A stretch of 64,000 nucleotides of DNA from Octopus bimaculoides (lineage: Eukaryota). Positions 13,121 to 25,064 of the stretch are shown here, piece by piece; the first letter of the stretch is position 1; the number at the start of each line of letters is the position of its first letter. Under the pieces are notes generated by a model. It saw only the letters and a list, made by a program, of their open reading frames with translations, was not told the origin of the DNA and made no database searches. Both the position numbers and the translations under genes were made by a program. Location: assembly GCF_001194135.2 (NCBI RefSeq), contig NC_068984.1, positions 8,425,844 through 8,489,843 of the forward strand, in the 5' to 3' direction.

Positions 13121-15269
13121 AAAATTTTACTCCTACTTGCATAATCAATAACGATAACTAAACTCATTGCGCAGGAATATATTTGCACAATTGTAATTGA
13201 ATTTTTTAATATAAATTAAATACCGACAACTGTAAATAACTTTTCTTATATCATTCTGTTTGAAAACGTGATGTTAGTATGTCATCGCGTGTTATTTTAA
13301 TAAAGCAGATTCACGTTGTTACATTCAAATACATTTCAACAATCCATTCTCAAATATATGAATTTTAAGAACTGTAGTAGTATGTTGCGCTAACCATGAC
13401 AAGATCGAGATTTCGATCCAAGTATGTTTTTTCAGTAAAACACTTAATTTCACGCTGCTTCAGTCCACTTGACATGTAGATGATCAACCCTGCCACATAG
13501 TGATTTCGTTTATTTATACGCCACGGAAATTGGGAAAGTAGACTTTTGTGCCTGGAGACTCGAGACAGTAATGTTCATACGTTGGTCATGATGATGATGA
13601 GAAAGAAAGTAAGAACGCAACTGAAAGACCTGCAAAATTTAATATTTTCGGTCTCTGCGCAGCAATACATTTGGTAAAGATTCCGCAATGGCGCTTCATT
13701 CAAAAAGAAAAGCTAATTTTATAATACCATTGTCAAATAATTAATTGTTTAATAAGGTGAATGAAATTGTAAGTAGTTTAATGTCACAACATATACTAGA
13801 CCCAAGAAAATATTTATACCAAGGACAAAAATAAATATTCTAAACATCAACTTTAAAAATGTTAAAAAAAGACCCAGTACAAAAACAATTTTCCTGCCGT
13901 TGTCAAGTGTAAAGTTTAATTATTTTTTCTTGGAAATAAATATATTAAGAAAGATTTTAATATTGTAAAGCGTATAGATAAAAGGAAGCAAAATCTAGAC
14001 GATGACATTTACTTCATCAGTAAACGCGTATATGATTGTCAGTTAGAACCACAAGAGTTAAGATTGGATCTTGAAGAAAGAAAAAAAAACGTGGAACCTA
14101 TGTTAAGAATATGATCACAGTAAAGTGTCTTTGTGTTCCATGCAATTAGCACTTTTTTAATAGATATTGTCGTTGTAATGAGTGCCTATTAATTTGTGTT
14201 AGCATAAACAAGGAGGAAACTTGAAAGAGAAAATCTGAGGTTTTCATTTTTAGTTTTATTTCATTTCTACGGACATTAAAAGGAGAAAATGCATATAAGT
14301 AAACAAACTTAAAAACAATTCACTGTAATGAAATATTCAATTATAGCGAAGAGGTGGATATGGTTTACAACGTATTATCAAAGTATGTGTGAAACGGTTG
14401 AACTACGTCTAAAATGTAGCGGAAATTACATGAAAAACACCGACGAAAGCAAAAGTTTTTGCTCTGTAATAGCAGACTATTATTTACTTTCTGTTTCTAC
14501 ACGACTTAACAAGATAATTATTTTCCTTAATAGTTCAATAGAAACTAAAGAAATTACTTCATTTATATCAAATATAAATGATTATCCGATTCTTTCAACT
14601 TTTCAGCAACGTAGAAATTATTTCTCAGTTTGAAAACTTTGCTTTTCTTTGCTTTCAAAGGATGTAGTCTTTTTGAGTGACTTTTCATTAAATGGGAGAA
14701 TTCGTATCTTTATTTACATATTTGTTTCTTTTTTTTTTTCCTTTTTAATTTAAGTGGAATTACATCACGGCATGTTTGATGGCGTAATTCTTTACGTACA
14801 CATGAAAGCGCGTCACATCTAAAACATCTGAAACGTGAGTGCTGTAAGTTTATTGAAGACAAGTCAACATGGCAGAGAAAATCAATTTTCCAGCCAGACT
14901 CTGAGACGTATTCGAACTCACTATATCAGAGTAACAATGCAGTTATCAAGTACAGGAACAAACGAAGGAGTCACTTCTTATCCGCTCGGCAAGTCAGACG
15001 TCTCCAAATCTCGATCAAATGTGAAGAATAAATGCTTTAGAAGAAAGCGAATAAATCTATGGAAAATATAATTCTAGAAACGCTATTTCTACAAAGACTG
15101 ACTGACTGTGGCAGATATATCTTTGATCATAGATCTACGAGATCGTTGCTGACCCAGCATTGAATAACAACAGCTTCGAAAAACAAACAAAACCAAAAAA
15201 ACATCAAGTGCAATACACATACAAGCATATACACATACGAACATAAACGTACATACATACATACATACA

Positions 15270-15654
15270 TTGTTGTTGGTACTCCGTCGCTTACGACGTC
15301 GAGGGTTCCAGTTGATCCGATCAACGGAACAGCCTGCTCGTGAAATTAACGTGCAAGTGGCTGAGCTCTCCACAGACACGAGTACCCTTAACGTAGTTCT
15401 CGGGGAGATTCAGCGTTACACAGTGTGACAAAGCTGACCCTTTGAATTACAGGCACAAAAGAAACAGGAAGTAAGAGTGAGAGAATGCTATGGTGGAAGA
15501 GTACATCAGGGTTCGCCACCATCCCCTGCCGGATTCTCGTGGAGATTTTAGGTGTGTTCACTCAATAAACACTCACAACGCCCGGTCTGGGAATCGAAAC
15601 CATGATCCTATGACCGGGAGTCCGCTGCCCTAACCACTGGGCCATTGCGCCTCC
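15270..15654 (-). mobile_element. SINE family B (about 385 bp, tRNA-Arg-like head), full length
   Basis: Reverse complement of GGAGGCGCAATGGCCCAGTGG...GGTTTCGATTCCC...ctggaaccctcgacgtcgtaagcgacggagt-(CAA)n; resembles the octopus OR1 SINE as I recall it. Confidence 0.9.
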
Positions 15655-15924
15655 ACATACACATATATATATATAATGTATCTCAAAACGAGAAACTATT
15701 AGTCGTTCTTATCTTTATGCCGTTTACATTGAATTTTAGATGTGTGTGTATATACATATATATATTTACATATATAACCAAAACTGTCCGACGACCGGTA
15801 ACGTGAAACTCTGAGTAACAGTTTTTGTGATATTTTTGCTGCTTTTAATAAAGCATATTACTCTACCTCTGGTATTCGAGTACAATTTTTTCCACCTTGC
15901 TTCGCATTCATATGCTTACTCCGG

Positions 15925-15949
<25 letters not shown>

Positions 15950-15955
<6 letters not shown>

Positions 15956-16170
15956 GGGAGAATGTACGAAAAAAAACAACAGACGAGGACAGGTGGTGTA
16001 AACAAGAAAAGGATGTATTAGTTTGACGCTCGGAAACACAGAAAGTTTTCAACGTTTCGAGCTACGCTCTTCAACAGAAAGAATACGGAGAAAACAAGGA
16101 GAAAAGCAAGGAGAAAAAAAATGGAGAAAACGGAAATGGATACGCGGCGTTCAATTAAATGATAATATAA
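15950..16170 (-). mobile_element. Short hammerhead-bearing element between (AT)n tracts (same family as 39035-39225)
   Basis: Shares the CTGTTGAAGAGC..GCTCGAAACGT and gagcgt-aaactaatacatc...acctgtc-tcgtc blocks with the 39 kb copy. Confidence 0.7.
16046..16081 (-). ncRNA. Minimal type I hammerhead motif, variant core
   Basis: CUUU-CUGUUGA-A-GAGC-GUA-GCUC-GAAAC-GUU-GAAAA. Confidence 0.55.
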
Positions 16171-16181
16171 ATAATAATGAT

Positions 16182-16236
<55 letters not shown>

Positions 16237-16237
<1 letters not shown>

Positions 16238-16605
16238 AGGACGTCACCAACAGTAAGCAACATGAAATACGAAAACAAATGAGTTATATATTTAAACAAC
16301 GTGAGGAAAAATGGAAAACAGGACAAGTAACATAAAGAACGACCCTTCATTACAAGTCTTCGAAGACAGTTGCTCCAATAACTTCCGAATAAATTTTGGA
16401 ATTTATGGAGAGTTAAAGTTAGGAACAAAAACAGTACTGTGGAGACATACAAGAAAACCGAACGAGGAGTAGATAGACAGCCGACAACTGATGAAGGTTC
16501 ATTCTTTGTATTACTTGTCCTGTTTTCAATTTTTTTCTCTCGTTGTTTGCGTATCTAACTTGCTTGTTTTCGTACTTCACGTTGTTTATGGTCGGTGATG
16601 TCCTG
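16237..16605. mobile_element. Tc1/mariner-type MITE with ~114-bp imperfect TIRs and TA TSD
   Basis: Arm 16237-16350 is the reverse complement of 16491-16605; termini TA|(t)AGGACGTCACC...GGTGATGTCCTG|TA. Confidence 0.8.
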
Positions 16606-16611
16606 TACATG

Positions 16612-16722
16612 TATATGCTTCTTTCAGTTTCCGTCTACCAAATCTATTCACAATGCTTTGGTCGGCCCCAGGCTAAAGTAGAAGACACTTGCCCAAGGTG
16701 CCACGCAGCGGGACTGAACCAT
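16612..16722 (-). mobile_element. SINE family A, partial 5' half
   Basis: ctttcagtttccgtctaccaaat...gacacttgcccaaggtgccacgcag. Confidence 0.85.
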
Positions 16723-17718
16723 ATATACATACATACATACATACATATATATATANNNNNNNNNNNNNNNNNNNNNNNNNNNNNNNNNNNNNNNNNNNNN
16801 NNNNNNNNNNNNNNNNNNNNNNNNNNNNNNNNNNNNNNNNNNNNNNNNNNNNNNNNNNNNNNNNNNNNNNNNNNNNNNNNNNNNNNNNNNNNNNNNNNNN
16901 NNNNNNNNNNNNNNNNNNNNNNNNNNNNNNNNNNNNNNNNNNNNNNNNNNNNNNNNNNNNNNNNNNNNNNNNNNNNNNNNNNNNNNNNNNNNNNNNNNNN
17001 NNNNNNNNNNNNNNNNNNNNNNNNNNNNNNNNNNNNNNNNNNNNNNNNNNNNNNNNNNNNNNNNNNNNNNNNNNNNNNNNNNNNNNNNNNNNNNNNNNNN
17101 NNNNNNNNNNNNNNNNNNNNNNNNNNNNNNNNNNNNNNNNNNNNNNNNNNNNNNNNNNNNNNNNNNNNNNNNNNNNNNNNNNNNNNNNNNNNNNNNNNNN
17201 NNNNNNNNNNNNNNNNNNNNNNNNNNNNNNNNNNNNNNNNNNNNNNNNNNNNNNNNNNNNNNNNNNNNNNNNNNNNNNNNNNNNNNNNNNNNNNNNNNNN
17301 NNNNNNNNNNNNNNNNNNNNNNNNNNNNNNNNNNNNNNNNNNNNNNNNNNNNNNNNNNNNNNNNNNNNNNNNNNNNNNNNNNNNNNNNNNNNNNNNNNNN
17401 NNNNNNNNNNNNNNNNNNNNNNNNNNNNNNNNNNNNNNNNNNNNNNNNNNNNNNNNNNNNNNNNNNNNNNNNNNNNNNNNNNNNNNNNNNNNNNNNNNNN
17501 NNNNNNNNNNNNNNNNNNNNNNNNNNNNNNNNNNNNNNNNNNNNNNNNNNNNNNNNNNNNNNNNNNNNNNNNNNNNNNNNNNNNNNNNNNNNNNNNNNNN
17601 NNNNNNNNNNNNNNNNNNNNNNNNNNNNNNNNNNNNNNNNNNNNNNNNNNNNNNNNNNNNNNNNNNNNNNNNNNNNNNNNNNNNNNNNNNNNNNNNNNNN
17701 NNNTATATATATATATAT

Positions 17719-17753
<35 letters not shown>

Positions 17754-17764
17754 TATACGACGAG

Positions 17765-17830
17765 CTTCAGAGCCTTAAACTAATACATCTGTTTGTTGTC
17801 TACACCACCTGTCTTCGTCTTTTTTTTTTA
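17765..17830 (+). mobile_element. 3' fragment of the hammerhead-bearing element family
   Basis: cagagccttaaactaatacatctgtttgttgtctacaccacctgtcttcgtcttt matches about 39140-39200. Confidence 0.6.
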
Positions 17831-18825
17831 ATTCTCCCTGGGGCGCCTGTGTTGGAGTGGGGGTGTCTGATGAGGGAGGGTGTTCCCTGTGTGGCCTGTG
17901 TGTGTTCTGTGCTCTGGTTGTTGTTGTTTTTGTCTGCGTTTTGTTTGCGGTGTCCTGTGCCCAGATATGCACCTGTGTGTACAGGTGCACGTGGGTATGC
18001 ACATGCCTGTGCGTGTGTATGCATGTGCTCATTTATTATTTGTTTTATATATATATATTCATATATATATANNNNNNNNNNNNNNNNNNNNNNNNNNNNN
18101 NNNNNNNNNNNNNNNNNNNNNNNNNNNNNNNNNNNNNNNNNNNNNNNNNNNNNNNNNNNNNNNNNNNNNNNNNNNNNNNNNNNNNNNNNNNNNNNNNNNN
18201 NNNNNNNNNNNNNNNNNNNNNNNNNNNNNNNNNNNNNNNNNNNNNNNNNNNNNNNNNNNNNNNNNNNNNNNNNNNNNNNNNNNNNNNNNNNNNNNNNNNN
18301 NNNNNNNNNNNNNNNNNNNNNNNNNNNNNNNNNNNNNNNNNNNNNNNNNNNNNNNNNNNNNNNNNNNNNNNNNNNNNNNNNNNNNNNNNNNNNNNNNNNN
18401 NNNNNNNNNNNNNNNNNNNNNNNNNNNNNNNNNNNNNNNNNNNNNNNNNNNNNNNNNNNNNNNNNNNNNNNNNNNNNNNNNNNNNNNNNNNNNNNNNNNN
18501 NNNNNNNNNNNNNNNNNNNNNNNNNNNNNNNNNNNNNNNNNNNNNNNNNNNNNNNNNNNNNNNNNNNNNNNNNNNNNNNNNNNNNNNNNNNNNNNNNNNN
18601 NNNNNNNNNNNNNNNNNNNNNNNNNNNNNNNNNNNNNNNNNNNNNNNNNNNNNNNNNNNNNNNNNNNNNNNNNNNNNNNNNNNNNNNNNNNNNNNNNNNN
18701 NNNNNNNNNNNNNNNNNNNNNNNNNNNNNNNNNNNNNNNNNNNNNNNNNNNNNNNNNNNNNNNNNNNNNNNNNTATCCCTTACCAGGTGTGATCACAGGG
18801 ATATTCAAAACAAAATGAAAACGAC

Positions 18826-18879
18826 GGTGGAGGCGGTGGAGGCGGTGGAGGCGGTGGAGGCGGTGGAGGCGGTGGAGGC
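18826..18879. repeat. (GGTGGAGGC)6 9-bp tandem repeat within a decayed GGT-rich tract
   Basis: Read directly. Confidence 0.9.
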
Positions 18880-19390
18880 GGTCTTGGTGGCAGTGGTTGT
18901 GGCAGTGGTGGTGGTGGCGTTGGTGGTGTTTCTATGTGTATTGTTATTGTCAGTAATGCTTGTGATGGTTAGCATATTTTCATAGTTGTATTGATTATTG
19001 TTGTTGTTGTTACTATCAATAATGTTAATACGCTAACTTCTTTGTTTTAGGACGTACCTGTGTTGTGTGTCACACATGAACGTGGCAAAGTCAGGGAGAG
19101 AGAAGGACAGAGAGGAAGTAAGAAAGAAAGAAGGAGTGAGAGAGAAAGAGAGAGAGTGAAAGAGACTGTGAGTGATGACGGCGTTCATTTTGTCTTTATA
19201 AGCGTTTCAGAGAGGAAGGGAGAAAGAAAGAGAGGGAGAGAGAGAGAGAGAGAGACAGAGAGAGACAGTGAGTGGTGACGACGTTCAACGCAAGAGAAGT
19301 AGATACATAGATACATATACACATCGTTAAATCAAAAGCGGGAGAGAAGAGGGTAAAACAATTCCAGTCAGTGACAAAGAATCAGGTAGG

Positions 19391-19427
<37 letters not shown>

Positions 19428-19692
19428 GAAAACTTCGTTGTGGACCATCTGACACCTAATGTCTGTCTGTCTGCCTCTCTCTAGGTATGTGTTTGTGTAT
19501 GTGTGTGCATGTATGTGTATGTATGTTTGTATGTATATGATTGTGCGCTGGATCTCTCTCTCGGCATACCAGCAAACCACAAAATCACACCAGCCAGCAT
19601 CACCACTACTTCCAAGCCCATCATGTATGCATGTATGTATGTATGTAAGTATGTATGTATGTATGTATGTATGTAGGTATGTTTGTATGAGT

Positions 19693-20081
19693 GGAGGCGC
19701 AATGGCCCAGTGGTTAGGGCAGCGGACTCCCCTGTCATAGGATCGCGGTTTCGATTCCCAGACCGACGTTGTGAGTATTTATTGAGCGAAAACACCTAAA
19801 GCCCCACGAGGCTCCGGCAGGGGATGGTGGAGAATCCTGCTGTACTCTTTCACCACAACTTTCTCTCACTCTTACTTCCTGTTTCTGTTGTGCCTGTAAT
19901 TCAAAGGGTCATCCTTGTCACACACTGTGTCACACGCTGAATATCCCTGGGAACTACGTTAAGGGCACACGTGTCTGTGGAGTGCTCAGCCACTTGCACG
20001 TTAATTTCACGAGCAGGCTGTTCCGTTGCTCGGATCAACTGGAACCCTCGACGTCGTAAGCGACGGAGTGCCAACAGCAAC
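19693..20081 (+). mobile_element. SINE family B, full length
   Basis: A-box TGGCCCAGTGG, B-box GGTTTCGATTCC, CAA-type tail. Confidence 0.9.
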
Positions 20082-20114
20082 ATGTATGTATGTATGTATG
20101 TATGTATGTATGTA

Positions 20115-20184
<70 letters not shown>

Positions 20185-20189
20185 CGTTT

Positions 20190-20390
20190 GTATCTGTGTT
20201 TGTCCCACCCCCACCATTGCTTCACACCGATGTTGGTGCGTTTGCGTCTCTGTAATTTAGCTGTTCAGCAGAATAGACTGCTAGAATATGCACCAGGCTT
20301 ACAGGGAATAAGTCCAAGAGGTAATTTCTGCGACTAAAGGGTGGTGCTCTAACATGGCCACCGTCAAATAACTGCAACAAATAATAGAAT
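20190..20390 (+). mobile_element. SINE family A, 3' half
   Basis: gtgtttgtccc...ccgatgttggtg...gaataagtcc...gactaaagg...catggcc. Confidence 0.7.
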
Positions 20391-20574
20391 AAAAGAATAC
20401 CAGAAAAACGTTCCGTAAGGTTCTTCGAATATGTACGATGTTATTTTAAGGTTAAATAGTAATTCCGTTTACGTTTGTGTAGCTGAGATATTTTGGTTGG
20501 ATTATATAGTCATTGGCGATACATTACCCTCTATATACTGTAACTGTCACAATATACTTTTCTAGGCCTGAAAA

Positions 20575-20700
20575 TTTTGTGGGGATAGGGCCAGTTGATT
20601 AGATTGACCCCAGTACATAATTGATACTTAATTTATCGTCCCACCAAGGACGAAAGGCAAAGTCGACTTCGGCAGAATTTGAACTCAGAACGCAAAGACT
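20575..20700 (-). mobile_element. SINE family C fragment
   Basis: gacgaaaggcaaagtcgacttcggcagaatttgaactcagaacg. Confidence 0.75.
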
Positions 20701-20729
20701 GACGGTCATAGTCATAATATACAAACATC

Positions 20730-21653
20730 GGATTTATTTCAAAACGGGGGCACCAGTTTTCATTTATGTTTTATGTAGTGTTTTTGGTACTGAAAGACTT
20801 TCAAACTTCGTATACTTATCTATTTTGTGTTATAGAAGAGAAAAAGATTTTTGTATTCGAAGTTATTTCATGTAAAAAATTGTCTTATTTCGATAATTTC
20901 TACTAATCACGGACGTCTATTCAGTTGAAAACAGTTAGCGCTGTAACGGTGTATATCGGTTTAATCCCCTAACCCTAACCCTAACCCTAAAACTAACCCT
21001 AACTCTAGAATCCGAACTCTAAAATTGTTACACACACAGATACGCACAGCGTAATTTATTACATAAACAATATATGCGTATAAATTACGATTAAACCGGA
21101 TGAAATATGTCACAGGGAATAACATTTTTATGACCGCCCAGCAGTAACTCTATTCAGCTGAATAGACGTCAGTGATTGGTTGAAATTACAGAAATACGAC
21201 AACTTTAACATGGAATAACTTGCGATGTACATTTTTTTTGTTAAGAAGACTAAGAGTAAAAGATGTTTTATATGACACATTCTACCAGTGTCCCAAGNNN
21301 NNNNNNNACTCTAAAATTGTTACACACACAGATACGCACAGCGTAATTTATTACATAAACAATATATGCGTATAAATTACGATTAAACCGGATGAAATAT
21401 GTCACAGGGAATAACATTTTTATGACCGCCCAGCAGTAACTCTATTCAGCTGAATAGACGTCAGTGATTGGTTGAAATTACAGAAATACGACAACTTTAA
21501 CATGGAATAACTTGCGATGTACATTTTTTTTGTTAAGAAGACTAAGAGTAAAAGATGTTTTATATGACACATTCTACCAGTGTCCCAAGTTTCAAAGTGT
21601 TTCGTTAGTGTTTCGTTAAGAAAATACTGGTGCCCCCGTTTTAAAGTAGATCC
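20730..21653. mobile_element. Non-autonomous TIR DNA element (GG termini, ~8-bp TSD, Merlin-like) with internal (CCCTAA)n
   Basis: 28-bp TIRs match 25/28 (GGATTTATTTCAAAACGGGGGCACCAGT vs GGATCTACTTTAAAACGGGGGCACCAGT); flanks caaacatc and caaacatt; long imperfect subterminal inverted arms. Confidence 0.75.
20967..21002. repeat. Interstitial telomere-like (CCCTAA)n
   Basis: 4 perfect units, then aactaa and ccctaa. Confidence 0.9.
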
Positions 21654-21722
21654 CAAACATTTCTCATGGCACCAGGACGCTGTTTACTGATGCTTACATT
21701 GTTGGTGTTTTCCGTGAATTTT

Positions 21723-22304
21723 TCATAGGTCCCGCTGGTCCCTATTATTACCGTTATTTATATCGTCGTTGTTGTTGTTATTACACCCACTATTATCGTT
21801 ATTGTTATTGCTATTTTCTACCATTCTGCTGACTTTCCTTTTGTCTTCATTCCCTTCACTGCTGCTGCTGCTGCGCTGGCGGCGGCAGCGGTTAATTTGG
21901 TCCCTAAGTTTGGCGTGCTTGTGTCTTTCTATGTTTGTGTGATCGTTTTTCTCTATAGTATCATCGTCGTTGTTACTGCTGTTCTTACCGTTCCTACTGT
22001 TCTTCGTGGCATTAATCTTTGGTATGTTGACCTTTCCCTCATCCACACGCCTCCCTCCATCACTACTGCTGCTGCTGCCTTTCAGCCACACTTTCTTGTA
22101 TCTTTTTGTGTTTGTGTGTTCGTTCAAGTTGCCATCGTGAAGTTTGTTGTGGTGGCGGCTGTTTGTAAAGTTACCGTTACTGTTGTTGTACTTGTTGTTA
22201 CTAGTGTCATTGTGTTCGGAGGTATCATTATTGTTGTTGTTGTCGTATGCCGGAAGGTTCGCAATTCTAACGGAGGCCTTAAAAGACATTTTTAAGATAC
22301 GCAA
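21723..22304 (-). CDS. Candidate low-complexity N/S/D/K-rich ORF or terminal exon (193 aa), unverified
   Basis: Longest gap-free open frame not made of pure microsatellite; could equally be a decayed triplet repeat. Confidence 0.2.
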   Translation of the reverse strand: MRILKMSFKASVRIANLPAYDNNNNNDTSEHNDTSNNKYNNSNGNFTNSRHHNKLHDGNLNEHTNTKRYKKVWLKGSSSSSDGGRRVDEGKVNIPKINATKNSRNGKNSSNNDDDTIEKNDHTNIERHKHAKLRDQINRCRRQRSSSSSEGNEDKRKVSRMVENSNNNNDNSGCNNNNNDDINNGNNRDQRDL

Positions 22305-22893
22305 AGATCGCTACTTAACTGCAGCTCTTGGTGGTCCAAATTGTATAAGCAATCTATGTGGGTGTCTTTTCAAAACATTGTCTGGTTTTAAATGAATGCC
22401 ACATTAGATGGCATCATGATTCTAAGGTGTAGATACATGAGGTGGTCAAACTCTTCATAAAGAGTAGACAGCCATGATGTGTGTATGTATATATATATGT
22501 GTGTGTGTGTCCATGTGTGTGTGTGTGTATATANNNNNNNNNNNNNNNNNNNNNNNNNNNNNNNNNNNNNNNNNNNNNNNNNNNNNNNNNNNNNNNNNNN
22601 NNNNNNNNNNNNNNNNNNNNNNNNNNNNNNNNNNNNNNNNNNNNNNNNNNNNNNNNNNNNNNNNNNNNNNNNNNNNNNNNNNNNNNNNNNNNNNNNNNNN
22701 NNNNNNNNNNNNNNNNNNNNNNNNNNNNNNNNNNNNNNNNNNNNNNNNNNNNNNNNNNNNNNNNNNNNNNNNNNNNNNNNNNNNNNNNNNNNNNNNNNNN
22801 NNNNNNNNNNNNNNNNNNNNNNNNNNNNNNNNNNNNNNNNNNNNNNNNNNNNNNNNNNNNNNNNNNNNNNNNNNNNNNNNNNNNNNNNNNNNN

Positions 22894-23272
22894 TATTTCC
22901 CAACCACATGGTACCGAGTTTATTCTCACTGCGTGGCACCTAGGGCAACTGCCTTCTACTATAGCCTCGGGCCGACCAAAGCCTTGTGAGTGGATTTGGT
23001 AGACGGAAACTGAAAGTAGCCCGTCGTGTATGTATGTATGTATGTGTGTGTATATGCTTGTGCGTCTGTGTTTGTCCCCCCAACATCGCTTGACAACCGA
23101 TGGTGGTATGTTTACGCCCCCGTAACTTAGTGGTTCGGCAAAATAGACCGATAGAATACGTACTATGTATCCAAAGAATAAGTCCTGGGGTCGATTTGCT
23201 CGACTAAAGGCAGTGCTCCATCATGGCCGCAGTCAAATTACTGAAACAAGTAAAAGAGTAAAGAGTAAAGAG
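22894..23272 (+). mobile_element. SINE family A, near full length (head lost in gap)
   Basis: Both conserved halves flank an internal (TATG)n/(TG)n; (AAAGAGT)n tail; resembles the octopus OK SINE as I recall it. Confidence 0.9.
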
Positions 23273-24750
23273 TATATATATCTTACACGCACAAGCAAAC
23301 AGTCACAAAGCAACACAAACAACACACGTGTATATGTATGAGTGCGTGTATCTGTACTTAAGACGTTTGTGTGCACTTGGACGTGGAAAGATATTTGCTG
23401 TGGAAATTGTAAATATTCTACTTATACGGAATGTGTATAAAAACATATTGCTGAGCGACAGAAGATGGCATCAGATGGTAGTTACGCTTCATCAGCTACT
23501 GGCACCGAATGGATCTTTAAAAGCTGAGTAAGAAATAATGGTATCTATATTTAAACAGCAAATTTTACAATTGCTGATTTTGGCAACTTCGGCCAATATT
23601 GAATTAATTTAGTAGAAGCTTATGAAACAGCGTTGGTTGAAATTTTGGTTGTTTACAATTGTAATTAACACGTTTGTGTACACTCGGATATGGATAGACA
23701 AACGCTGAAAAAATAGTCTAGGGAAGAAAAGTCTTCCTTATACACTATATGTCTGCTCAGTCGATTATATGCAATGGCCATATCAGTGACCTAAATGACC
23801 GGCAAAATTCTAAGTACATATTTGTATTACTTTCTAATACACACAGGTATAATTCATTTGCATTTGATTAGAACCATGTGATCATATTGAATATTCATTT
23901 CGAAAACTCAAAGAAAAAGTCTGTTACGAACGAAATAAAAATTAGATTGATTGTAATATTCTATCTGATTGTTCGATAGCATACTTTAATGGATTAAGGG
24001 GGCATTTCAGATATAACTTTCTATATAAGCACCACGAATATTTATTCTGATAAGTAAAATTGAAAACTACATTTTTTGCAGCTGTGCATCAAGGATGTGG
24101 ACCTAAAGATTAAATGCATTAACTTTATATTTAAAATCACCGAGAGATATTTGATTCAATTAGCGCTATTATATTCTGAATTAAATTTATTGAGAAACAA
24201 AATTTGAAATAAAATATTTGTAAAAAAATTATAATGAAGTTGAATTTTCATGATACTGTGTTTAATTTTATTATAAATCAGAGCTAATGATATTAAACTG
24301 CTCGAAGTTTCGACGTTTCCTTTGAGGTATGTAAACTGCCATATGGATGTACTATAAAAAGAACTCGAAGAGGCTACGAGAATCGTAGCACGTGCATGAG
24401 ATGCGTGAAATCAAAACTCTAGTGATTCTAAGCTTTATATTATCGGGCTAATAATAACAGCTCTGTCCAGAACACCTTTAAAAGTAACAGTTCAACCAAC
24501 AACACATTATATTTCTAAATAAATATAAATGAGATTATAACATTTAAGAATAAACTATATAATGATCTTATTTGTAATCTTACCCTTGTGAATTATTAAG
24601 CAAAAACAAAGAAATAGTACATAAAATCAGAAAATAATATAATTCAAAATTAAAAAGATGAAAAGAAATAGAAGTAAAAATAAATATTTAGTTAGCAGAC
24701 GGCATAAATAAGTGCGAATATAAGAAGACTAATATATATTGTTTTTTTTT

Positions 24751-24985
24751 CGTTTACTTTTTCAGTCATTTGATTGCGGCCATGCTGGAGCACCGCCTTA
24801 AAGGGTGTTAGTAGCAGAAATCACCCCCGGGACTTATTCTTTGTAAGTCTAGTACTTATTCTAACGGTGCATTTAGCCGAACAGCTACGTTACGGAAACA
24901 TAAACACGCGATCATTTGTTGTCAAGCGATGGTGGGGGGACAAACACAAACACACATACAACCACATACACACACAAATATATAC

Positions 24986-25064
<79 letters not shown>

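Noticed and set aside
16486-16500. CTGATGA motif (also at about 17867)
   Set aside because: No downstream stem II plus GAAA; the first is part of a MITE arm.
18800-18965. Gly-rich frame GYSKQNENDGGGG...
   Set aside because: Produced by a 9-bp repeat and a GGT tract; no credible acceptor or start, in-frame stop just upstream.
19693-19765. tRNA-like cloverleaf with A and B boxes (also at 15580, 51095 and 56678)
   Set aside because: These are SINE heads continuing into SINE bodies or truncated; not tRNA genes.
21016-21589. Exact 282-bp tandem duplication (21016-21297 and 21308-21589)
   Set aside because: The two identical copies flank a 10-N gap, which is the signature of unmerged overlapping contig ends (assembly artefact).
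23430-23535. Open stretch ending at a strong GA|GTAAGA donor-like site
   Set aside because: No matching acceptor or recognisable peptide.
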